From Mizuhopecten yessoensis (taxonomy: Eukaryota): a stretch of 64,000 nucleotides of DNA. How positions within the stretch are numbered: the first letter of the stretch is position 1; every line of letters starts with the position of its first letter. Position numbers and translations under genes: made by a program. A model generated the notes under the pieces. It did not search any database, had not been told where the DNA came from, and was given only the letters and a program-made list of their open reading frames with translations. The DNA lies in NCBI RefSeq assembly GCF_002113885.1, contig NW_018405619.1, positions 839,695-903,694 of the forward strand. The letters are read 5' to 3'. Shown piece after piece: positions 25,753 to 37,310 of the stretch.

Positions 25753-27288
25753 CTGTGAATGGGGAGGGGCAAAATAGAACTCAAAATCAACACACACAAT
25801 TTGTTATACGGGGGGCATATCATAAACAACATTAAAGTCATACTGAAAAACATATGTATTGTATCTACAATGTTATAGCCTAGCTTTCCCAGTGATAAGC
25901 CCATGCTCACAGGTAAGCCCGACCCCTTTTTACATCAGATTGTATAGATTATGGACTTTTATAATGGGTCAAATTTATCCTGTTGACTTTTTCAAAATCT
26001 CTCACGGCCTATGTAATTGAGACAATTTTTTATTACTGTTCCCCTTTAAATTTTGTCCTTAAATAACCCAAACTTTGGCAAATTTTCACTTAAATTGATC
26101 CGAAATGAAAACTTTGGCAAATTTTCCATTTGATTGATCCGAAATTAAAACTTATCTGATTCAAGCAACTGACAAGTCTTGATCAATTTTGTAAGTATTC
26201 ATACTATCCATCCATTAAAAATAGTTACTGAATATATCTGATCTGCCTTTAAATATTTTCTCTTTTCTAGAAAATGATGGTTACACCTATAACTATTAGT
26301 TATCTTACTTAGATAATCCACACACATGCACATTCCGAAAAATGAAATGTTGATGAAAAATTTCACTCAATTAAATTATCTCAATTTTTTCTCCAAAAAA
26401 TCTGTTCAAACATTTTGAATACACATTTATTTCTACAGAGAATCAATTCATTGAAAATAAGAGCAACGCAGGGGGACGGGGAAATTGTTGAAAAGTCATT
26501 ACAAAAGTCAAGGAGTCGAGGACAAATGATGCGAACAAATTATTTAACGATTTCACAACAACAACCCAAACACGAGATAGGAAAACGTGTCAATGTGAAT
26601 GAAAGGTCGAAACAGGGATAAAATCAGATCGTAACTAAACATAACAGGTAGCATGTAGGCTTTCAGGAAAAAGAGGGAGACATTAATCATATCTTTATGA
26701 TTACTTTTCCTCGTTTTCGATTTATTTTTTGTCAATTCAATAAGTTTTTCATTATCTTTACAATGATTTCTCCTTGGTTTCTATTTAGTTTTTATCCAAT
26801 TTAGTTTTAGCTGTTTTTTTCTGTTTTTATCCAGCTACATGAAATGCTGAAAACAGGAAGGGAAATTTCTTGTCACAAATAAATTACAATTTAAAATGAA
26901 GTATACGAATTAGAATGTTTTAACGTGAAAACTTAAGATATTCTCAAACAAGGTTCTATTACATGCTAAAGTCACAAAAAGAGCTTCAGCAATTGCAAGC
27001 TTCACAAAACTTTGATAACATGGAAACAAGTTTGAGATTCTCTTCCTCCCTACGTTCAACCAACACATCTACACTGACACATTTTTGAAACTGTTGACTG
27101 GAAAATCCAGAAGGAAATCACCATTAGTTTTTATCTTTGCTGTGGCATTGTGACATAATCAAATTATTCCTTAGGTGACATCACAGTGGGTAATAGTATA
27201 AAATGTTACATACCAAAAGTGTATGTGATATATTACTATAGTCTGATAAAATTAAAATATTATAAAAAACATATGTTAATTGTGTGGG

Positions 27289-27588
27289 TTAAGGATCCTG
27301 TATCACTGCAAAAAACATAACTATGCACTAAAAACTGGAATACTTTGATATTATCTTTTCTCATCAAAGACACTGTTTCAAGTGTAAAAACATAAGAGGG
27401 CTAGACCAGGATTCGAACCCATGACCTCAGACCATTAAACTGTCACTCCAACCAACTGAGCTACCTGGTCAACACAAGTATCCTGGTCAAGTTGAACTAC
27501 AGTTTTGTCCAAAATGATTTGTAGGGGAGGTAACTGTATGCATTGGAACTCTCTAGTGTTTTGACTGCAGTGGTACAGGGATCCTTAA
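27289..27588. mobile_element. 300-bp TTAA-flanked non-autonomous DNA transposon (family 3, Kolobok-like ends)
   Basis: ttaaggatcc-tgtatcactgca ... tgcagtggtacagggatccttaa TIRs. A TTAA target with purine-purine termini fits Kolobok. Confidence 0.75.
27398..27470 (-). pseudogene. Degenerate tRNA-like sequence inside the family 3 element
   Basis: Minus strand reads gaccaggTAGCTCAGTTGG...GGTTCGAATCCtggtctagccc: A and B boxes at tRNA spacing over 73 nt, but the stems pair poorly. Confidence 0.7.
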
Positions 27589-27908
27589 AATGATTAGTGG
27601 AATATCAATAAGATTTTATTTTTGTCTTTTTTGTGAGTTAAGTGTGAACTTTGTGACATAGTTAATCTTTTTACTTAGAAAATAGTATGTGTCTGTTAAT
27701 GCAGAGAACTGTGCTGTTGTCAACAGTTTTAATCACACCTTAAAATAAAGAAATGGTGTTAATTAATTCAAAACACACACAATTTCACAACATTATGCGA
27801 ATAAAAAAAATTCAGTTGATAATTTATAGAATTAAAAGAACTATTAGACACATGTCACAGAGTTTTTAATCCAAAACAGTAAACAAATGTTCTAGGTTAC
27901 AAACTTAC

Positions 27909-28003
27909 CGATTTTGCCGACTGATACTCAGATGACGTAGACTCATCTTTGGAGGAGCTTGATCTGTCCTCAACTCTGTCCTCTAAAGCCTTCCTTCCAA
28001 CAT
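27909..28003 (-). CDS. SVIL: Supervillin first shared coding exon (95 nt, phase 1 to 0): xVGRKALEDRVEDRSSSSKDESTSSEYQSAKS
   Basis: Acceptor ttgatttttcag at 28004, donor gtaagt at 27908. The frame is open and ends in phase 0 as the next exons require. Confidence 0.82.
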
Positions 28004-28239
28004 CTGAAAAATCAAAATGGAACAATTAGCTAAGGGATTTTGTTTTCTTCTGATAAGAATTTAAAACTGTAAAATTAGAAAACTTAGAGAAATATTGGGT
28101 CCATCATTCCAACATATTTTACATGAAAACTTTAAAACAGAATCAAATAATATATGGTTAAACAGAAATTGTACAGTTATATTTTAGACTGCCAAAAGCT
28201 CCAATAGAAAACCGTTCAGGAATAAGGGTTAATGGACTG

Positions 28240-28330
28240 GAATGGGGAGGGGCCAGAATGGGGAGGGGCCAGAATGGGGAGGGGCCAGAATGGGCCCGGG
28301 TTTGGGTTGGGGTTGGGGTCGGGGTTGGGA
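28240..28330 (+). repeat. G-rich repeat: (gaatggggaggggcca)x3 followed by GGG(G)TT-like runs
   Basis: 13 tracts of 3 or more G in about 90 nt. Confidence 0.85.
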
Positions 28331-29054
28331 TCGGTGTTTGGGTCAGGTTGAATGGAAGATGGGATTGTAAATTGATACAGAAAATAAAGGGATCAAAATA
28401 AAATTGCCATGATTTTGCAAGATATCAATATTATGTTGCATTAAATAATTTATGGAATATTTATGCATATATCTGATTTTTTTTCTTTCTTTTTCTCTTT
28501 TAAGGAATCATACTTTTAATTAACTGGCTGGTAGCCAAGGTTTTATAATCCCCAGAAACCCCAGTGAACCTGTTTTTGTTTAGGTGTGTTGAGTGTGGTA
28601 TGTTATGATGATGAACAGGTATGTTAATTACAGGTGAGACTTATGAGGTAGCTAACACCACTTAAACAGAAAGGAATGTCCACCTAGTATAAAATAGTTA
28701 TGACTACTTATTATAGACGTAGCCTCTCCCAGCCTTTTATCACACAGTGTCACCATGAAGTGCCCTATCATTAATATATGTATACAAAAAACAACAGGAT
28801 TTAGGTCTCAGTTATATATTTGAGAGGACTTTTCGCTGTTGGAGAATGTTTAACCTATGAAAGAAATGTTTAACCCTTACAAAGATTTTCAATATCTAAA
28901 AACTTGATTTTTGAAAATTAATTTTGAGTAAACAATGATTGTCCTAATAGAAATTTAAAAAACATGTTTTGGGCCCAAGGTATGGTTATAAAATCCAGAA
29001 CAGGGACTAAGCATCCAAATTAATCATTACAAAAATATCCGAATATTTCAAATC

Positions 29055-29738
29055 TGAAGTATCTGAATCAATCAAGGGAGAAAACTCTTAGATTTGAAGT
29101 ATCTGAATCAATCAAGGGAGAAAACTCTTAGATTTGAAGTATCTGAATCAATCAAGGAAGAGAACTCTTAGATTTGAAGTATCTTAATCAATCAAGGGAG
29201 AGAACTCTTAGATTTGAAGTATTTGAATCAGTCAAATGAGAATTGTTTTACATTTGAAGTTGCTGAATAAGTCAAGGGAGAACACTCTTAGGTTAAACTC
29301 TTAGATTTGAAGTATCCAAATCAGTCAAGGGAGAAAACTCTTAGATTTGAAGTATCTGAATCAGTCAAGGGAGAAAACTCTTAGATTTGAAGTATCTGAA
29401 TCAGTCAAGGAGGAAAGGCTTAGATTTGAAGTATCTGAATCAGTCAAGGGAGAAAACTCTTACATTTGAAGTATCTGAATCAGTCAAGGGAGAAAACTCT
29501 TAAAATTGAAATATCTGAATCAGTCAAGGGAGAACATTCTTAGAATTGAAGTATCTGAATCAGTCAAGGGAGAAAACTCTTAGAATTGAAGTATCTGATT
29601 CAATCAAGGGAGGAAACTCTTAGATTTGAAGTATCTGAATCAGTCAAGGGAGAAAACTCTTAGAATTGAAGTATCTGATACAATCAAGGGAGAAAACTCT
29701 TAGAATTGAAGTATCTGATTCAATCAAGGGAATAAACT
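29055..29738. repeat. 40-bp minisatellite, about 17 copies
   Basis: Unit tgaagtatctgaatcagtcaagggagaaaactcttagatt. Confidence 0.96.
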
Positions 29739-29952
29739 ACACCTAAAGCAATTAAATCAATTTCACACGACACATTTATTTCTCTCAAAATTCTGCTTAA
29801 AACCATCAGCTGTACGTATGGTTACATTTCAAATGCTTCATTTTTTGTCATTCCTGTAAAGTGAGTAAAGTAAGGCCTGTAATAACATTTCATTGTCAAA
29901 TGTTACACAAAGTTGAATGAGACCTTGTGTCAATGTATCACCCTGATCCCAT

Positions 29953-30047
29953 AGCCAGACATGTTCAACAGACAAGTAAGAAAGCCAGACATGTACAACA
30001 GACAAGTAAGAAAGCCAGACATGTTCAACAGACAAGTAAGATAGCCA
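29953..30047. repeat. 30-bp tandem repeat x3
   Basis: agccagacatgttcaacagacaagtaagaa. Confidence 0.93.
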
Positions 30048-31032
30048 TTACAATCTCCTCAAAACCTCTCCAGATCAAAAGCACACCTCCTTTTGATAGA
30101 GAGTTCCCCTGTGCAAGCATGACCATTTCTTCGTTTCAACACAAGTAGAGAATCATTAATGACAACAATGTCTGTCTCATAGGCTTTTTTTAAATAAGCC
30201 ATTATGCAAGCAGTTGTCAGAACGTGTAGTAGATTAATATATTGTTCAAACATTACATGTACTGTGAGAACAATATGTATATGAGAATACTTTTATATTA
30301 TACTGTTAAAATTGTACTGGGATTGACTGCATGCTTGCGTTACATCTAATGAAATCTAATAGATAAAACATCTGAAATTGGTCATTAAAACTCTAATGCA
30401 CCATTTATGAAGGTGAAACAATTTTGTAAATATAAATTTTACAGATGGAGTTTTTTTCCAGAAATAATCATTTTATCCGATTCTAAAGATAACCCCCCAC
30501 AGGGGGGCATTTAAACTTAAATATGGTACCTGGGTTTTTTGGTTGTCACAAATAAAATGTCCCTTCTTTGACAACATTTCATCCTAAAATAAGCTGACCA
30601 GTGCACGTGTATACAATACAAATGGCCGACATGCTTCAGAGTTGGTCAATATACTCTTAACGCCATCTAAGGATCACCGTGAACGTTAGTACCAACCTTG
30701 ACAGGCAGGTGGAAATAATCTCCAAAGTAAAGTGTTTTTAACCTACATAAAGACGGATTACGAGTGGAGCGTACCACTCTGTGTCTGTCTGTGGCGGTGT
30801 CGTGTGGTCATGTGTTGTTACCCTCTGGTATCATCAGAGTACGTGTTGGACACGGTTCATGGCAGTGTCAGTCCGTACCCAAACAATTCTTAAGTGATAA
30901 GTGAGATATCAAAATAATACCGAATCATTTCTATTACAATTTGTTTTTTTCTGTCTGCCAATTAAGGATTTAAAGGATTTCTTTATTGATTTCTATCACA
31001 ATAACATTTTCTCAATGATAACACAATTAATA

Positions 31033-31098
31033 TTAACTCATTCACCCCTGGAATTTCATAATGAACCATTCCAACCTTTGAAGGGGTGAATAAGTTCA
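31033..31098 (-). mobile_element. MITE family 1, internally deleted copy
   Basis: ttaactcattcacccctggaatttcataatgaacc...aggggtgaataagtt. Confidence 0.8.
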
Positions 31099-31423
31099 TC
31101 ATATTTATCAGAATATACCCCAGAACAATGTTTTGTTTTTTAACCTTGAGACTAATGATAAGTAAAGGTGACCTTCAGTCTTCATGAATGGGAAAAATGT
31201 TTGATTAATCACCATGGCAACTACCCTTGGTAACCATAAAGGTCATAAAGCTGGTTTGTCTTTCATCAGTATTGTGGCTATGACTCTCTGATGAATACAT
31301 TTTTGCAAGTTTAATAATACACCAAGCTGACTTATTATATTTTTATTTTTTTATTTTTTATTCTATCAAAACATTTTTTTATTTTTACAACGTATAACTA
31401 ACCAACATGAAGAATTATCATTT

Positions 31424-31581
31424 CTTACTATGCTGTATCCAGCAAGACTTTGATCTTACTATGATGTATCCAGTAAGACTTTGATCTTACTATGCTGTAT
31501 CCAGTAAGACTTTGATCTTACTATGCTGTATCCCGAGTAAGACTTTGATCTTACTATGCTGTATCCAGTAAGACTTTGATC
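31424..31581. repeat. 31-bp tandem repeat x5
   Basis: cttactatgctgtatccagtaagactttgat. Confidence 0.95.
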
Positions 31582-32124
31582 ATTGCAAGTTGTTATAATA
31601 TTGGTTTATCAATCAGATGTTAAATTCTAGACATCTGATGAAAAAAATGTTAACCACTTCTCTAATCTTGAAAATCGATCATCACTTTTTACATATATCT
31701 AACTTTTCAAGTAAACTTTCCTGGGGTGAAATATTTCTATAATTCCACGAAGTTACTTGCATATACAAGACTTAATTTTTCAAGCCAACTTTCCTGAGGC
31801 AGTGACTATAATACTCTTAAATTGTGACATGCCACACTTGGAATTACACCATAATAGTATAAATAATCCACAAAATTACTTCCAGGCTGGTAAAGAATGT
31901 CAATACAAAATGGCAATAATAATAATGATGAATGCCAATATCAAAACCACAATATCCTTAACCTTCTCACCCCCGAGTTACATAAGGTAAACCCATTAGA
32001 GCCTGGTCTGTTCACTGACCCAGAGAGTTCATTGTGGCTAATAGGGGTTACAGCACCCATGTGTTGAACACATTAGTACGGATATATACACAAACATATT
32101 ACCATTATTTTTATGAATACTTAC

Positions 32125-32212
32125 AGTAAACACTTCGGAAAATATATCCCAATACTGTGAAAGTCCAACGGAAAAAGGTTTCTAAAACCATCATCAGTTC
32201 TGTAAACTCCAT
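32125..32212 (-). CDS. SVIL: Candidate alternative first coding exon A: MEFTELMMVLETFFRWTFTVLGYIFRSVY(Y)
   Basis: ATG in strong context (aaaatcATGG), in-frame TGA 6 codons upstream, 29 open codons + 1 nt, donor gtaagt at 32124. Phase 1 fits the exon at 28003. Confidence 0.6.
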
Positions 32213-35200
32213 GATTTTAAAATGCAGTCAACACTTTATGGCAGAATCTCGAAATATCAGGCGGTATGTTTATACATCATAATATTGTGTCACTTTTCTC
32301 CTTGTTTTCACCTTCAGCCTGTTGTTGGCATGGTCGTAATCAAACTTTGATAACTAAGAATGCATTTTAAAGCATAAATATGTGTATTTTATGATGCAGT
32401 AGACATTTTCTTGTCTGGTTTCCATAGCAACAAATATTGCAGTGTTTACATCAACGCAAAATCTGTTTTCTATAACAATATCACTACGTCATTATTTGCA
32501 AAAAAAATGTTACACATCGGTGTGCAATCAACAGGCTTCCACTCTCACCCAAGTGTTTCTTATATATCAAACAAGTGCAGGAAACGAGAAATTGGCCTCA
32601 TCTCTGTCCAACACACCGTTCTGGTGAGAAGGCACTGGGTTCCTAGATACAATAACCGTACGAACAATTAACCTTGTTATTAACGACGAGGTAACTGATG
32701 ACATCCTGCGGAGATGTAAGCACACTTGGTATTCAGATGATCTACTGTAAACATCGATTCCAAAATAGAAAAAAAAGTATGTGTTATTTATCCTCCTCTA
32801 TGGTCTTAAATAAGCTTTGTAATTTCTTCCAAGTTCACAAAAAGGACACTTTTCTGGTATTCGTAAGAAAAGCAATGACTCTGTGAGAACTGGTTACTGA
32901 CCACATGTGTATCTCCATGTAAACACACAGAGCTCTGGCGAATACACTGAGTATATACAGGTAAACTGCCTCCGAGGGGCAATCTGTAGGTCCAACACAC
33001 GGCCTGTGATCTGTAGTTGGTCCACCACACCGACACTACCGGCCTTATGACTTCCGTCTTAGTATCAAAGTACGTTCATAGTCATTCCCGCCAGGTTTAT
33101 TTCATTTTTATGCTGTTTTTACGCGGACAAATGATGATATCTGCAAATGGCTATCCTACACCTTTCAAAATCAATTTAGAATGTCGTAAAATTGTTTTCC
33201 ATTTTCAACTGGACAAGAAGTCTCTCTCACCTGACAATCAGTCTTAGTCCTAGTTTAAAAAGATTTCAGGTGAAAATTGAACAATAATTTGTGTGTATAT
33301 ATGGTCTGGATCATTCGACTTAGGCTCAAATTGAAAAGCGAATGCCACAATAATGCAATGCTTTAGTTGTATTCTTATAATTACCCCTGTAAATCAATGA
33401 GTTGGCACAATAAGATCGGCACGGCTGCGTTTAAACGATCGAATGAGTTGATTCCAGTCTTTACCTTAGAGGTATTGTAATACAGGTTTGCTGAAATTCC
33501 ATTCTATTTGTAGTTTCCACAATATTAAAAGTAATTTCCATCCATCTTTTGTTCAATTTTAATCACAGAACTGCATTGAAATGTGACTCATCCGAAGTAC
33601 ACTGTACATGTCAGGCACAAGGAAATAAGCAAAATTAAAATACTTTCGTATTTCTAACTCAACATATAAGAACTTGATCCGTATCTCGTCCAGATCTTAA
33701 GTAAATTAACCCATAAACAGTTTACAAATACTTTCACTCAGGGGAGTATCTGTGGAAAGTTCATGGGGCGTAAACACTTGAGGTTGAATTCGGTTCATTT
33801 GTTGTTTGTTATGAATCAAATTTGACGTCTCAATATCTGGAATTTCCCTGGCGCAAACACAAAGGAACGTGTCGCCCTCACTACATTAGTAAGGGTAAGC
33901 TACTTAAGCCCTGCCTCAATGCTATCACGGATGACATGTAAGTACGGTTTGATAAAGTCCGATATAGACATCAAACCCTGGAATGTTTACAATGAACATG
34001 TCACATTAATAAACTCCATTGTTGCATTCTTCCTTTCAACAGAAAATCCAGTTTAAATCTTTTTATCTATGGATGGAACACAGTCTTCCTCTACATTTTT
34101 CTGAACTATTTTTACAATTTTTCACCACAGACCTTCAGCCTTTTCTGTAGTTTTCGTTTTTTCTGCTATATTTTTACAAACAATTTCCTGCTATTGCACT
34201 TGAAATCTCTTGATGTAAGTGGTTTTTAATCCCAGGGGTTATCCGGGACTTTCACCTTTTAATTCAATTCCTGCATAATCTTCCTTCAAATACTTCCCAA
34301 CTTTTGCACAGTTTGATTTTTTTTTGTCACAAAATATTTCTTCTTTATCAATAGTCAGTGGACTGCATGTGTAGGTTTTTTTTAGGTGTTTTTGTTTTGT
34401 TTTTTTGTTTCAACACCTGGGATGAAATTGATTCAAAACTGAAATGTATGTAAAACTAATTTTTTTTTAAATGCACTTTTATGTTGAAACTAATTCAAAC
34501 TCTGTATTTCAACACTTCACACCATTTTCCACAAAATGCAGAGTACGGGATTTGTGCACTGAAACATTCCTATGTGATGTGTGTAAGTGTGGCCTTCGTC
34601 ATCTGTAGACTATTATTATACTGTCGTGGACTTCCAATCCCCTAACACTGCAGTATAGCTCACATTCGTCTCGCTCAAGTGATGATCAAGAAATGCAAAG
34701 AAAAGTCTCAACTTCACGTTGATCCAGTCATTTCACATTCGTCTCACTCAAATTACGATCAAGGAATGCCAGGGAGAGCTCCAATTTAACCCTGATTGAG
34801 TCATTTTTGACACATGGCAGGTTTTAACCCTCATCGTTTTCTCTGTAAATTAGTCTTGTATACTGTCCAGTCGGCCAGTAAATCGTGTTGTTACGTCCAG
34901 TTTAAGCTGATCATACGACTGCCCGGCAGGTTTATGTAGTGTCTAGGTTTGTTCTGTTTTTAAACACACAAAGAAAACAAAAAATATACTTTAAAAGTAC
35001 TTATAATATACCTGCTGACAGGCCGACTCACAGGTATAATAGACACAGAGATATATATACGATGGATGTGTATCGCACTTGTGCGGTGTCTACACCTATC
35101 GGAGGGTTTAATCCTTCACACTGACAATTCTATCAACAGAAAAAAATCAGCTGATTCAAATTCAAAGCAGTTTTCGTATACTAACCCGGCTAAATCATTC

Positions 35201-35958
35201 CATTGAACTTCGTTCCCCGTAATACTGAAACTTGTACATGTTTCCGTTGAATAATATTAGTTTCAGAAGGTAATACAGTAACATAAAGTATTACTAGTAG
35301 TCCTGTAGAGCTGACTCGCTCAATCGCATAATTCAGCATCAATTTCAATTTAAACACCTTCATAAATGAAATTTCCCACACAAGTGAAATGTTTTTTGTT
35401 GGTGTGCTGTCTGTCTACTATGACATAGGACATTCAGCCCCAGGTCACTAGGTCTTTTGATTTGACAGAAAACGCCTTACAAAATCCACAGGGCAAAATT
35501 GTGTTGCTGAAAAAATTACCGAAAGTATTGAATGAGGTAAACAATCATTTGTGCGAGCTGCTAGGTGAACACACACCAGACTCCACCTGATGAGATAATC
35601 AAAATTGTCGCAAACTTGCAAATATTTAAATATTTTTCAACAGAGTCAGTCTGTTTCAATTAACCTGTGCGGTATACACATTTTATGCTACATTTAGAAT
35701 TTAACCAACTGACACATCCATGCTGGGACGTTTTATATAAAACATCCACTCAATGATGTAGGCATGCTTGTAAATCTCCCGATTTTACAAGGAAGACACA
35801 CAAATCTCAATGAGATGATTTGTATATAACACTTCCTATGTTTTATAACATTGTACACAAAAAGTCAGTCTTCAATACACAAATCACGTTTAGAACTTCT
35901 TAGAAATTGCAATGCCTCCAATATTTCACACTGGTAGAGAGAGTTTCTCAGACATGAA

Positions 35959-36035
35959 CCTGAAGACACATTTGAACTCTTCCAATGCAAAGGTTGGAAT
36001 AGTTTATTATGAAATATCAGGGGTGGATGAGTTAA
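35959..36035 (+). mobile_element. MITE family 1, left-truncated copy
   Basis: cctgaagacacatttgaactcttccaat...tcaggggtggatgagttaa. Confidence 0.82.
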
Positions 36036-37092
36036 ATGTGGTATTTATATAGTCATATCCCTCAGGATTCTAAATCTTCGTGTTGACAGAAATTAATAAT
36101 TGCAAAAACATTTATTAAATGTTAGGACCATATTTGTATAAATTATGTGAAGTTCCAAACATATAAACAGCTTGCTCATCACCTTGAAAAAAATAATTTG
36201 TTCACCAAAGTTGTTGAATACACAAGGCCACAAAAAAGGCCCTGAAATTGTTAAACATTGTACTAAAGCTTATCCTTGATAGGTACAATTAAGGCAGGAT
36301 ATCATAGAGGTGACTATCATTGTTATTACAATAATTATCTGTCAACAATGAGCAGGCTTGATGGTTATTGAGCAGTTCCGATTGTTATTGACCAGTTATA
36401 CACAATCCTCGTCATAATAACAGCAAGGTTGATCGCGTGTCTGGTCTATCAGGTAAAGAACAAGAACACCTGGGGCTAGCTTTTTGGTGCGAGTGATGAT
36501 TTATGTATATGCCCCTTGTTGTGTATTAGGAGAAATCCGAGGGTTCATAACCAATTTCATCAGGTAATGTCTAAACACCTGTCCATGCTTATAAAGTCTA
36601 TTTCACACCTGCAATAATACAAAGATAATCTCAGCACAATTAGGGATTTTTTTAAAACATTTTTTCATAAACAGGTTGAATGAATATATATTGTATTCAA
36701 CCCAACATGGAGGGATATATGGATGTATGGGTAAGGTATTTAGCCATCATTTTGTTGGAAATTATATGAAGTGAGAGGACAGCATGGCTGAAGAAGAAAA
36801 CTAAAATTTGCATGAATACAGAGACATCCACAATATATTTATATATATATATATATGATAATCTCCTCTTATTTTTTTCTCTCTCGATATAACTCTATCA
36901 ACACTGGACTAAGGTACTACCAAAATGCACAGATGGTTAAAGATCAGAGGAGCTAGTCTGTTTGAATGCTGATATGGCCCGTTGCATTTTTATTCATATA
37001 ACACTGTTCTTATGTTTTTTTATTACATCTTAATTACATTTCTCATTAAGTCCCGCAAGGTATAGTTTTCTTTTCAGAAATAATTTACCAAA

Positions 37093-37310
37093 GCTATGTA
37101 CAGTTGGCAGTATATAACACATGCGTCTTTCAACAAGGTGGCCAGGGTTCCATTCCCTAACCTGCCCGACCACGTGGGTTTTCTCCGAGGTTACCCCAGT
37201 TTCCTCCCATATTAAGACCCCTTACATGCTAACATCTAGGCCAACAAGAGTGATTTATATCAGTTGAAATAGTGTGCTGCATAATTGTTGTAAAATGCAA
37301 AAAGTTTATA
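37093..37310 (+). mobile_element. Degenerate tRNA-headed SINE with a V-domain-like core
   Basis: B-box-like ggttccattcc (37146-37156), then cgtgggttttctccgaggttaccccagtttcctccca (37173-37209), which resembles the V-SINE core GTGGGTTTCCTCCGGGTGCTCCGGTTTCCTCCCA. Boundaries are approximate. Confidence 0.65.

Noticed and set aside
27398-27470. Functional tRNA gene
   Set aside because: The acceptor, anticodon and T stems are mispaired, and it lies inside a transposon-like element.
29055-29738. CRISPR-like regular arrays (also 46427-46904 and 50542-50890)
   Set aside because: Units are contiguous with no unique spacers, there are no cas genes, and the context is eukaryotic.
33900-34350. Purine-rich minus-strand stretch resembling coding sequence (similarly 46950-47600)
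   Set aside because: The ATG-initiated frames I checked stop within about 25 codons, before any phase-1 donor. It may be UTR, but this cannot be supported.
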